The notes beneath the pieces were generated by a model. It saw only the letters and a program-made list of their open reading frames with translations. It was not told the DNA's origin and did not search any database. Made by a program: the position numbers and the translations under genes. A DNA stretch of 62,733 nucleotides, the filler included, from Kipferlia bialata (taxonomy: Eukaryota): NCBI GenBank assembly GCA_003568945.1. It is 4 parts of 4 records of this genome, joined end to end, with 100 filler letters (N's around TTAATTAATTAA, not from the genome) between each part and the next. Parts side by side here need not be neighbours in the genome. Positions count along the whole stretch, not along the records: positions 23,372 to 46,584 come from BDIP01000265.1; 3 more parts are not named here. One strand, written 5' to 3'. Of the stretch, positions 23,546 to 36,100 are shown piece after piece (positions within the stretch are counted from its first letter, which is position 1; each line of letters starts with the position of its first letter).

Positions 23546-24544
23546 ATGGCTGACCTACCACTGTGGACAGAGTTTGACTGCCCCACCCCTCTCTCTGTCA
23601 CTCCCTATTACCCCACTGGAGCCATAGAGACTGGACACAACGAGGTACTAGTAAAATCGTCAGATGGACGTGGAGGTTCTAGCCTAGCCCTTGTGCGTCT
23701 ATTGTCCACTGGGTCTATAGTCAAGGAGTTCATTGAGAGACCAGTTTTCAGTTTCAACCCATGCACGTGTAGTGGGGTGTGTTATGGAGGGGAAGTGTAC
23801 ATTTACAATAACTATCGCCTGGATACACTGCACATACTGGACCTGGCTACCCACACCTGGCGGTCAGTGAGTACTACACTTAAGACACACATGGGGAACA
23901 CTTTCGGAGGCTCCAGGAACCTGACGCGGCTACTTTGTGATGAGACTAGTATACTGATAGTGGGGCAAGGGTATGTGGAGGCGGGAAACGGCTGGGCAGA
24001 AGTGAGGGGTGTGTGGAGGTATGACCCTGAGACAGAGGTGATGGAGTGTGTCTCATCGCACACAGATGAATCACGCCAGCCAGACATGGATGGTGCTTTC
24101 ATTGTGGATGGAAGCCCTCACATTGTGGCTGGTATATCCGTGTTCAGTCATAGTATGGATAGTACTCCCACAGGCGGCTGGATTCAAGCGCCTGAGACAG
24201 AGTGTTTTGAGACTGGCGTCCATACATACATTCTACCTGTTACCTTTAGTGGGATGGTTGGCAAGTGCTTCATGTACGGGCCCGTACTCCCTACTCTCAG
24301 TGATCTGTCACTCTTGTGTGCATGGGATACCATATCACACGAGTGGGGGGTGTGGGGGGAGACAGAGGATTATGCCGCTGTCCTGTTCTCTCCCTCCAAT
24401 GTTCTTTGGTACGAAGTCAGGTCTCAGACTGATGTTCAGTCCTGCTACCTGCGTTACCTTGACCCTGGGCTACTGTACCCCCATGAGTCACGGATGTGGG
24501 CCGGTAGTGGTAGACTCTTGGTCCCACACTTGGACGTTGACTAA
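23546..24544 (+). CDS. Intronless divergent Kelch/beta-propeller protein, 332 aa (paralog of 42499-43476)
   Basis: Complete ORF with blade motifs GGEVYIY...LHILDLATHTWRSV, VWRYDPETE and AWDTISHEWG. Confidence 0.8.
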   Translation: MADLPLWTEFDCPTPLSVTPYYPTGAIETGHNEVLVKSSDGRGGSSLALVRLLSTGSIVKEFIERPVFSFNPCTCSGVCYGGEVYIYNNYRLDTLHILDLATHTWRSVSTTLKTHMGNTFGGSRNLTRLLCDETSILIVGQGYVEAGNGWAEVRGVWRYDPETEVMECVSSHTDESRQPDMDGAFIVDGSPHIVAGISVFSHSMDSTPTGGWIQAPETECFETGVHTYILPVTFSGMVGKCFMYGPVLPTLSDLSLLCAWDTISHEWGVWGETEDYAAVLFSPSNVLWYEVRSQTDVQSCYLRYLDPGLLYPHESRMWAGSGRLLVPHLDVD

Positions 24545-24811
24545 TCTATATTAGAGAGTAACTCATAGCTTCTAGTCAACCGCTGAATGATTGAGTTGTA
24601 TGTGTGCAATATTATGTCTGTCCAATAATATAGATCCAGTGAAATAGAAACAAAGTCATTCTCAAGTATTAGTTGTACAATCTATTGAATTAGAAAGAGG
24701 CCTCGTTATAGGCAGTGACTACAGCAGTCACTTGTGCCAGCTGTCTGTTGTTTTGAGCATGCTATACATGCTGAAGGGTTAGTGTTAGTATCAGCATCAG
24801 TGTTTGATCCA

Positions 24812-27800
24812 TCAGCTGTCTGTTCTGAACATGCTGAATGACCCCCCCTCTGTCTCAGAGTTGGCAGGGGTCAGTCTCTCCCTCTCTCCGGTGTTGGCAC
24901 CCTTCTCCTGGGGTTGGAAGGGAGACATATATACTATCACTATATAACAGGTTATATGTATGGTTTGCAAGATAGATGGAGAGTCGGAGGTGCCCAGTGT
25001 TGGCACTATTCACCTAGGGTTAAGAGGAAGAAGATCTATTTTTTGTATTATTGTCTATATTGTGATTGTCTCATACCTTGAGGTACCCTCCGTGGACGTA
25101 CACTCCAAACCCTGTAACGACCAGAATGACAGACACAAGCTGGGGTAAATTAATAACTGATATGGATAATACACTATAGATATTATCACACTTATAGTAC
25201 CCACCTCGTATGTAGTCCATGCCTCCCCATACAGCATGACACACCCTATATCAACATATATATACAGACACATATATATTTACTAATACACTATTAGGCC
25301 TACTTACATACCTTGTACGTGGTCCATGCCTCCCCATAGAGCATGACACACCCTATGATGACAACGACCCTTCTGATCATGTCCACAATGCCTGGGGGGT
25401 GAGATGCATATACATGTAGCTCATAACCTATATAGATACTATATCCGTACCTACAAACAGTGCCGATGCCACCATGCACGTGAGACTTCGAGTATATGTA
25501 CATATAATAATGAACATGTATTAACCAATATCTGAACCTACATATAGAGCTGCACGTGTAGAACTTGAACATATACCAGTATAGACACACTACAATAATA
25601 TAGAATCTATATACTAATATATACATATATTCTACACACATATATATATCCATACCTACAAACACTGAATACAATCAATAATCTATAAATGAGTGGTAGT
25701 GTATCTATATACTTAATGATGTACATGTATATATATATATATCCATACCTACGAACAGCGCCGATGCCAGCATGCACGTGTAGAACTTGAACAGATAGCC
25801 AAGCTGCTTGGACATGGCAACGCCTGAGGCTAAGACAAGGGAAAAGAACAAGAGGGATAACAATTTGACGACATTAAACACAAATACAGCCATCCTACTT
25901 GGCACTGGTATGACTGCAAACAGAGAGGATTATTCACCAGACTACGTAAATTAGAGTGCGCCAGTAAGCAATTTCAAATATAGATATACATAACAAATAG
26001 TGAATATATATATAATACTTGTCTACCTATTGACACTATCCAGTACATGTTGTCTGTGATGTCCCAATCCTGGTTCTCACCTGAGATAAAGGGCGTAGAG
26101 GGAATATAATGGTGTAGATAGGAGGATGAGTCAGCAAGGTGTATAAACATATACATCTGAGGATGTGGGGGATAACAAGGGAAAAGAGGAAGGTGAAGAC
26201 AAGTCATCCCAGACCTGGTTCTCACCTGGGGATGAGGGTGTATGATAGAATTATTAATTATTATCAACAAGTATACAAACACATAAAATATATATTCGTA
26301 TATATGCCACATACCCACGATCCAGGGCATTGGCAGGACCAGCAGGAACGACACGAGACCGTTGTAGAAGGCAGTCTGGGTGACATCCTAATAGTGAGTA
26401 ATAACACTAGTCACATGACATATACACGAGTATACTTGAATACATGGGTATATGAATGAGACCAGACCGTTGTAGAAGGCAGTCTGGGTGACGTCCTGAT
26501 GGTCAGCGTGTGTGATGATCGGAGTTCACTACAATATGTGAAGAGGGGGAGCAAATGAAGGTACTCTAAGAAGACAGTCTGGGTGGTTACGGCTACTGTA
26601 TATATACATATGTATATTATATACCTCCGCCGTCCTCTGGTTCTTGGGCACCCTGGCATCCTCAAACAGATATATATATATATATATATATATATCTATA
26701 TCTATATCTATATCATATACATATACATGTATACTACTATACATATGATATCATACCTACGCCGTCCTCTGGATATTGGGCACCTCGAACAGATATGATA
26801 GATATATTTATGAAATAGATGTAGATGTATAAACAGCAGTTACTACTATACTTCTATATACCTCCGCCGTCCTCTGGTTCTTGGGCACCCTGGCATCCTC
26901 GAACAGCACCTGGGCAAGGCAGGTCTGGAGGGCATCTGGAGTGAGAAGTACAGAAGTACAGAAGTAGAGAAGTAGAGAAGTACAGAATAAATACATATAT
27001 ATATTCATATGAAGCACATAATACATTAGAACAAGGCGAGACAGGTCTGGAGAGCATCTGGGGGGAGGTGGTATATATGTCACTAGAAATGTATATGTAT
27101 TAGGATCATAATACTAAGAAGAATACCATACCTATGAATGTACTGGTCAGGCTGCATACAAAGCTAAATCATAATTATATATATACCATAATTGTATATC
27201 TATATATGTATATAAAAATGGTTCATACCCATACCTATGAATGCACTGGCCAGGCTGCATGCAAATGCCATGGCATACCCAGTGTCCTTGAGGATGGGGT
27301 AGGAGGCGTCCTGATATAAGACATACTTCAACATATATATAATACCGATGTATCAGTCCAACATATGTCAGTGGTGACAAGCCCGATTGATATATGCTCA
27401 TATATATGTGCCCTATATATTTAAGCACTCATCTATATGCGTACATACCTCTGGTTCAAACCCTATGACGCATATGCCAGTGATGACAAGCCCAATTGAT
27501 ATATATATATACATATGAACCATATATATATATATATACGTATACATGTATCTATCTGTATGGGTACAAACCTCTGGTTCAAACCCTATGACGCATATGC
27601 CAGTGGTGACAAGGACAACGGCTATCAGGTTGTGGGGGGTGAACCTGGGTTAGGGGCTGAGAGAAAGAGAGAAACACATACTATGTATAAACCGCATATG
27701 GAAATGTAGGCAAAGGGGAAGAGGCTACTGCACACTTACGCAATTAGAATCAAGTTAGGTGCACGTACTTCATTCCAACCATGACCCTGGACAGAACAAT

Positions 27801-29433
27801 ATACATATACATATATATATATAATATACTACGAGGTAGGGGGTACTCACTTCTTGCCAACCATGATCCTGGAGAGTATAAGGTTGAAGGGGAGGCTGCT
27901 GCTCTTGATGATCATGTACACACTGCCTGAAGTAAGAGTATATACATGTATATATATATGTATATATATATATATATATATATAAGACTACGTATACAAA
28001 CATATATGTTGGGAGGCTGCAGCTCTTGATGATCATGTACACACTGCCTGGGGTGAGTGAATGTGTATACATAAATCATAAGAATACACATTCTATGACA
28101 CATATACTATTCGTAAGTATATACAGAGAAACAGGGGATAAGTGATATGCTCTTGATGATCATGTACACACTGCCTGGGGGTAAGAATATATAAATATAT
28201 GTATATAAGTACTCTACATAGACTATATATATAATGTATACTGTATAAACTCAAATGATCATGTACACAATGTCCGAGACACACACACACATCATATAAA
28301 TATGTGTGTGTGGGGAGGGGGGGGGGGGTGATTGTATATACATATATATATCAGGACTATTATATATATATATCCAATAACACCTGGGAGCGCATTGAGC
28401 CCTATGCTAAGGAGGCTGATGTGGACACCATCCAGGACACCCAGGAAGGTATACCTAGAGTGAGACTATCATATGATAATACAATATATAATACAATATT
28501 GTATATTCCAATTAAACACAAATAATGGTATATGAGATGTGGACACCATCCAGAACATCCAAGGAGGTGTATCGGGGGGTTAAGATATTAGGGTGGATAT
28601 ACTAATACCTGAGATTGAGACACACATATACAAACACATGACATATAGTTACACCACTGAAACAATCTAGAGTCCATACCTGGAGAATATCCTCTGCGAT
28701 TGGAATTATATACGTTTCAGAGGCAGTAAATGACACCACGTGAATATGGAAGATAGACCACCACTACTACCGGCACATGTATACCTGGAGAACATCCTCT
28801 TGAGGTGTGCCACCCACTCAAAGGATGGCTTGTGGTATGTGTTGTCACCACTGATACGCGTGTAGACCTAGGAGTCAGCATATGAATACATGTCCATACA
28901 GCAATATATACAGACCGAATATCTCCTATGAGAATGATACGATACTCTCATACCAGTGATGCTGCATTGGCAGGCCACCCAGCAATATCTATAAATATAT
29001 ATATATATATATATTTTTATATATATGCTATTCGTATGACATATATATATAATACTCGTATGATATGTGTATATACTATCATACCAGTGATGCTGCATTG
29101 ACAGGCCATCCAGCAACACACACACATATATATGATATATATGTCAGCCAGCAATATCTATACTTATATACATATCTCTTATTCGTTTGATATATATAGA
29201 TATATGCTTCGTATGGTATGTCTCCATACCAGTGACGCTGCATTGACAGGCCACCCAGCTATGTATACATCTATATATATATATATCTATCATAATTTAT
29301 ATATAATTATCATATGATGTATACTGTCCATACCAGTGATGCTGCATTGACAGGCCACCCAGCTGTGAGGAACACGGCACCCAGCCAGGGGTAGGAAATG
29401 CCTAGGAGTTAGATGTCAATAGTATAGAATGAC

Positions 29434-29470
<37 letters not shown>

Positions 29471-29984
29471 CTGTACCCAGCCAGGGGTAGAGGATGCTTA
29501 GAAGTTGGATGAATATGAGAGGACATATAATCACTATACGAATACTAGTGTAGAGAGAGAGGGAGAAAGGAAGTGGCGGGGGGCATAGTTCATTCCGGAC
29601 TTGGGATACCACCTCTTAGATGGTGGAGAGGAAAGGAATGAGAAGGTAACACATATTGCAGAGAGGGGCAAGTCGCTGAAAGTGTCCCAACATATATAGT
29701 GATACGGGAATTGACATAGGATGTTGAAGTGAAGGGGGGATAGGGGTACCTAGCACATCGTCGTTGTACTTGACCAGCAGAGACTGTGCACTGAAGCATA
29801 TCAGGAAGAGCAGAGACACTATGCCAGTCTTGACTGTGTGCCAGGTGACCATGTCACTCAGTCCCCCGCTCTCTCTCTCTCCCACACTCACACCACTCTC
29901 CACATCAGCCACGGTATCTACTGACCCACTACCAGTGTCAATTACAAGGGCATTGGGCCTTAGATACGGTCCCTTGCGCGTCAT
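24812..29984 (-). CDS. Drug/metabolite transporter (DMT) superfamily protein, purine-permease (PUP)/SLC35-like, many small exons
   Basis: The spliced product has ~10 TM segments: YTFLGVLDGVHISLLSIGLNALP|GSVYMIIKSSSLPFNLILSRIMVGKK|FTPHNLIAVVLVTTGICVIG..., DVTQTAFYNGLVSFLLVLPMPWIVG|E, VVIIGCVMLYGEAWTTYK|LVSVILVVTGFGVYVHG. Confidence 0.8.
25200..29495 (-). repeat. Cluster of intronic partial exon copies (echoes)
   Basis: Examples: ataccagtga(t/c)gctgcattg x4 (28950-29350), tgatcatgtacaca x4 (27905-28270), ctccgccgtcctctgg-like x3 (26625-26880). Confidence 0.9.
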
Positions 29985-30130
29985 GCACCTACCAAAGCGT
30001 ATCAGTGCTCGACAAACAGACGCTCACAGACTCAATCAAGGTAAACCCTTCCCCCAATCAAAGGTCAAAAACAGCACCGATCCTGATTCTTGATTGACAT
30101 CTCTTCACTGGAGTGTTAGACCCACCCCCC

Positions 30131-33100
30131 ATGGTGCTTCAGTACCAGAACCTCTCTGGTGGTGACGGACACACCCATATATACACCCCATTAGACAGTG
30201 ATGGGAGCAGTAGCTCTGAGAGTGAAGGAGAGGGGGTGGTAGGTACACCCCAATCAGGTCAAGAGGGGGAGGGGGAGGGGGAGGGGGTGAGTAGGCTCAG
30301 CAGCAGCATGGCTAGGTGGGTGTTTATACGTAAGTACTCTACCATGTGTAACCACTTGACTATGTGCAAGTGGTCATTCACTGTCTGTATCAATCTAGAC
30401 ACATATTTATATCTATCCACTTCATACTCTGACCCCCAGACACCAGAGGGAACTGACCTCCAACAGATATGTTCTAATATATGTCTATATATACACTATA
30501 TACCTTGTTCTCTCTCTATATATATTCACTGACCCATCAGGCACCAGAGGGAACTGGCCTCCAAGAGAAGAGTGAGGGCAGCACCAGAGAGTGTCAAGGA
30601 GGCAAAGGCGGTACGTTGCATGTCTCCCTCTCTCTCTCTCTCTCTCTCTCTTTCTCCACAACCCCTCACTGTATATAGAGATTGAGATTGAGACAAGACC
30701 TATTGGGGTGTGGTTCAGTGTCTACCCCCCCCCCCAGATGAGTGCCTTTCCTCAGATACTATTCCAAAAATCTATTATATTATCCTATATTAATATATCC
30801 TATATTCTAGTGATACGCTATATACCCACTCACCCGTCAGTTCCTGCGCACATTCATCCCCTACCTGGTATTCCTGGGTCTGTTCATATGTGAGGTATAT
30901 GCCTCCTATCTCTCTCTCTCTCATTCATCCCCCCCCCCTCTCTCTTGGCTACTTCTCTTCTCTCCCCTCTCCCCGCCTCGTGGGCGAGGTTCTATTTGAA
31001 TACACGTTCCCTATGTATCTCTCTCTATCCTTCTGTCTCTGTTTGCGCAACTAGTTATTACCAATATTCACTCCTCTTCTTCTTATATACTACCTCATGT
31101 CCCTCCATCATGTCCCGATAGATGCACTAGTACCCTCCCTCTCTTTCTATGCATATATACTATATGTCGTTATACTACCTTCAGGTCTACATCATGTCTA
31201 GGGACATGCGGCACTTCCAACACCCCCTCCGTTCTCTTTCTATATGTATGTATCTATTAATGTATGTCAATGTATGTACCTAACCCCAGGTCTACATCAT
31301 GTCTAGGGACATGCGGCACTACTACTTCCTGAGGGGGATAGACAATGCAATGTGAGTATAGTATAGCCGTTGAGTCCCTAAAGAGACTATTTAACGCAGA
31401 TGGCAATATTTGTATTGTTGTGCAGTCTCATTATTGTTGCCCTCTCCCCCTAGGTTCGAGAGTACCAATGGATCCCCAGCTGCCAATGTCAAACCATACG
31501 AGGAGATTCCGGTGAGTTCATGAATGCATATACATAATATATTAAACATGTATCAGTTGTTTGTCGAGTCACTAGCCGAGGCAATGACACTATACCGAAG
31601 TGGGTGTCAGATGTCTCTTACGCAAGGGCTTTCCCTCATACTTTACCTCTCTCTCTCTCTCTCTCTCTCTCCACACCTTTTACCTTTAGGACTTTGCCTT
31701 GTACTTTGACTGGCTTGAAAGTCCACTCTTACTTGATAATACTGCTAGTGATAGAGTTGTTACAGTCCATTATACCTTTCTAACCTTAGGACTTTGCCTC
31801 CTACTTTGACTGGCTTGAGGGTTCAGTCTCCACATGGCTGGTGGCAGCAGACTACTACAATGGAGACCCCATCCATGAGGATAACATAGGTGCGTAGTTT
31901 GTTCGGTATAGTTGAGAGGGTGCACTATCTTCTGTATGGATACTCATTACATGCTATGCCCTGCACCAGTCCCCCATTAGTATCTAGAGAGTCAGAGATA
32001 TATGTGACTATGGCGTACATTAACATTGCCTATTGCTTATTGTTTCTAACACTTAGGCTATGCCCTGCACGAGTCACCTATATATATATACAAATATATA
32101 TATATAGTGTATATAGTGTATATATGCATGAGTGATGTATGCATACACATATATACTTATGCCAGGCTATGCCCTGCACCAGTCTCCCATATATTACATG
32201 TCACATTCGTGTATAGTTGTGTATATTGTGTATATTGTTATATACTCTACTTAACCCTTAGGCTATGCCCTGCACCAGTCACCCATCTTTGGAGGACTCA
32301 GACTCAGACAGGTATACATGTATTGTTATATGACAAGACTCAAATGTGAATATCACTACATATGCCTGGATGCATACATCAAGAAAAAAGAAGTGAAGAA
32401 GACTACTGTGCCCTAGCTGATGTTGATGTCTCAGATTGCCACAATAGTATTCATGCAATGGATCTCTCTAGCAGTCCTGTGTACTCACTATAGGTCAGAG
32501 CCACCCAGGAGGACTTCTACTACCCAGACACGGCAGAGGCAATAGGTATTGACTATATACATGCATGTATCATACTGTTTGAATATATATGTGCAGAGTT
32601 CTATCTCCAGACCCGGCAGAGGCAATAGGTATCACCCCCCCCCCACAAACACACACACACTCCCACACACACAAGTGAATCCGTCCATTAGTGACATTGT
32701 TTATGTATGTATTATTTAGTACTACTCTAATATGGCCAGTGCAATCAGGGTGCAAATACGTATTCACATACATTACACATATATATAAATTCCTCAATAA
32801 CCGTCGGCCTGTTAGACCATGTCTTCTACCCCGATGTCAGTGGCAGGGAGCCGCCACTCTCTCTCTCTCCCTATATATATATATACAACATTGTACTGAC
32901 GCTTATACCAGGCCTCCTAGACCATGTCTTCTACCCCGATGTGAGTGGGAGGGGTCACCATGAGGACACTGCCATGCACTGCGGGGTGGAGTGGCAGAGC
33001 GCAGAGGACCTAGGCGGAAAGGTATATTCATATATTCATACAAATATATATTTATTTGCATGTGCATAATAGTGTATGTAGTGTGATATGTATCACACTG

Positions 33101-36100
33101 CGGGTGGAGTGGCAGAGCGGAGATGATCAGAGGGAAAGGTATGGATCTAGGGAATATATATATACCTGTGTATAGTTTCACGCATGGATATGCATTACAC
33201 TGTGGGGTGGAGTGGCAGAGCGCAGAGGAGCTGGGGGGAAAGTTAGAGTACTTACACAAATTATATATGTATATATATGCTCGTATAATTCTTATGATAT
33301 CAACAATATGGTATCACACTGTGGGGTGGCAGAGCGCAGAGGAACTAGGGGGGAAGGTATGTATATATAGTTGTGTGGGGGAAGGTATATATATATATCG
33401 TTGTGTGTATGCTTGTGCAATAGTTTGTCTGTATGTACATACCCCTCACCCCTCAGATCTGGCGTGGCAAGGTTGGCCTGTACCCTGGGAGTGGGTATGT
33501 GGTGGACATTCCCATGGACAGAGTGACAAGTGACAGCATTATCGCACACCTTAAGGAGTGTCTGTGGCTAGATGAGAGTTCCAGACTTTCTGTCCTGGAC
33601 CTGACCCTCTACAACCCAGCGCTGGTATGTACACACTATACACACCATATATGTGTGAGAGTACTCACTATATATTTACAACCCAGCGCTGGTATGTGTG
33701 TACTCTACTATATAGTATTCACTGTATTTATATTATTCACTATACCGTATTCTCAGTACAACTCAGCACTCGTCTGGTCTCTATGTAATTGAAGTGTCCT
33801 TCTCCCTGACGTTAACCTTTGTGTAAGACACAAATCTCAACCCAATACGTAGTCATCCATCTCTATATTTACCCTCCCCCCCAGTGTTCCTTGTGATATA
33901 CATATGTATGTATACATACACACATACATATATATACATCTATATACCCTCATACCCAGGACGTGTTCCTTGTGACCAGGATAGGCATGGAGTTCCCAGC
34001 AGAGGGAGGTAAGGCCTAGACTGTACTATATATGTATACTATATGTATACATATATGTAATTCTTGTGGTCTAATAGTTTATGAAAACGTAAACTGTCTT
34101 CCTAACATAGTGGAATAGAAATGGAGTTCCCAGCAGATGGAGGTGGGTAACAATGGAATTGCATACATATAGATATTATAGTATAGATATTATTTAGGTC
34201 TTTCTGATCCTAGGGTATGTTCCCTTCCACCAATTCAAGGCATAGATATTCACTATATAGTATATCCATTTGAATATGTATATATATATATATATGTCTT
34301 TGTATGGCCTCCTTATCCCAGGCTGTGTCCCCTTCCACCAGTTCAAGACTGTTGATCTCTATCGGTATCTGAGACATTCAGACTGGTTCAGGTTTGTATA
34401 GTCTTTTATATGACAGTAACATCTAGCTTTTTCCCAACCAGAAGTATGTGGGAAGTCGTTCAACCCACATGATGGCCCCTCTCTCACACCTAGGGTATTT
34501 GTCGAAGGCCTAATCTCCCTCTACTTTGTCAAGTTTGCCTTGGATGAGCTCGAGGAGATATGGGTACGTGACGGAACTATCATAGTGTGAATTAACAAGA
34601 GTTTCCTGAAGATGACTCTTAGAGATTGGAGTGTTCCTCACCTCAGGACTGTCTCAGGCAGACCAGCCCCATTCGAGAGTACCAGGACTTCAAACACTAC
34701 TGCAGTGACATATGGAACCTGGTGGACTGGTACGGGTGTTTTCATCTGTCTAGACGTCACATACAGGATATTCTTTTTGATCCTTGTGCCCTTTTACCTG
34801 TATACTGCATACTGACAACCAGGATCAACATCCTTCTCTTTGCTGCCATTGTGGGTATCAATCAATTGCTTGTCTNNNNNNNNNNNNNNNNNNNNNNNNN
34901 NNNNNNNNNNNNNNNNNNNNNNNNNNNNNNNNNNNNNNNNNNNNNNNNNNNNNNNNNNNNNNNNNNNNNNNNNNCATACTGACCACTGACACCTAGGATC
35001 AACATCCTTCTCTTTGCTGCCATTGTGGGCATCAGGGTGCACACAGTCCTAGTTACAAGGGGGCTGATGGAGGTACGGGTGTCAGTATTGTCCGGATTCT
35101 ATATGTATAGCTCCAATAGTGTACGACACCAGGAGATGTATGACTCCTCTTAATAATACTACTGTGACTGTGGTTCTTCTATCAGTGTTCTATCACTCTA
35201 ACCACAGGCTGTGCAGGCTGATGAGACTGCCTATGTCAACTTTGAGCCTGTTGCATACACGATGGTGTACAGAGAGCTATCCTTGGTCGGTGCCCTGTGC
35301 TTCATGACAATGTTCAAGGTGGGTATATATGTTTATATATATATATGTAATATACATAGGCTCCATATATATAGGCTCTGAGTGCCCTGTGCTTCATGAC
35401 AATGTTCAAGGTGGGTTGTGTAATCAATTGCATCCTTAAGAGCATATGCCTGATGACAATGTTCATGGTGTGTATATGTATACATACCTTACCATATGTA
35501 TAATATTTTTCTTCCGTTCTTGTGGCCTGTTTTGTTTACTCTCACCTCAGTCCTTCAAGTTCTTTGCCGCCTCCCCCCGTCTGTCCATCCTGACCAGGTA
35601 TACAATACAATACAATATTGTTCTATATCATAGCGTTAATGGAAGGTGTTAGTAGTATCATCAGTCATCAGTTATGTTGTATTGTAGTCTGTCCATCCTG
35701 ACTAGGTATATGGTACTGTATATATGTATGTATATATACTATACTGTATATATATATACCACTCTGTCCATCCTGACAAGGTGCATAATACTGTATGTAT
35801 GTATATATATATAGTGACCATAAGACCCTCTATAGGTGACAGTAATATAATCAGTCCTCAGTTCTAATGAATACAATGATCTATTTGGTACTGACCATAT
35901 AGGACCATGACAGATGCTGCCAAGGACATTGTATATATATTATGAATAATGATTATTATTATAAGTATATATATATAACTATATACATACTATACATGAT
36001 ACTTATCATATAGGACCATGACCGCTGCTGTCAAGGTCCTTGCTATATACCCATCCATAAATATATAGAGATTAGTATAAGTATATATGCATATATATAT

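Noticed and set aside
26947..26985. Short-period tandem repeats (agaagta[c/g]; also 1628-1656, 46750-46790, 50397-50425)
   Set aside because: Ordinary micro/minisatellites with no evidence of function or telomeric origin.
25300..29320. Many short Y/I/C/M-rich ORFs
   Set aside because: Translations of (TA)n/(TG)n intronic sequence.
32976..33360. Regularly spaced ~40-nt direct repeats with unique spacers, resembling a CRISPR array
   Set aside because: The repeats are degenerate copies of a PKD2 exon end with a GT donor in a eukaryotic gene. Spacers are TA-rich intron sequence and no cas genes are present.
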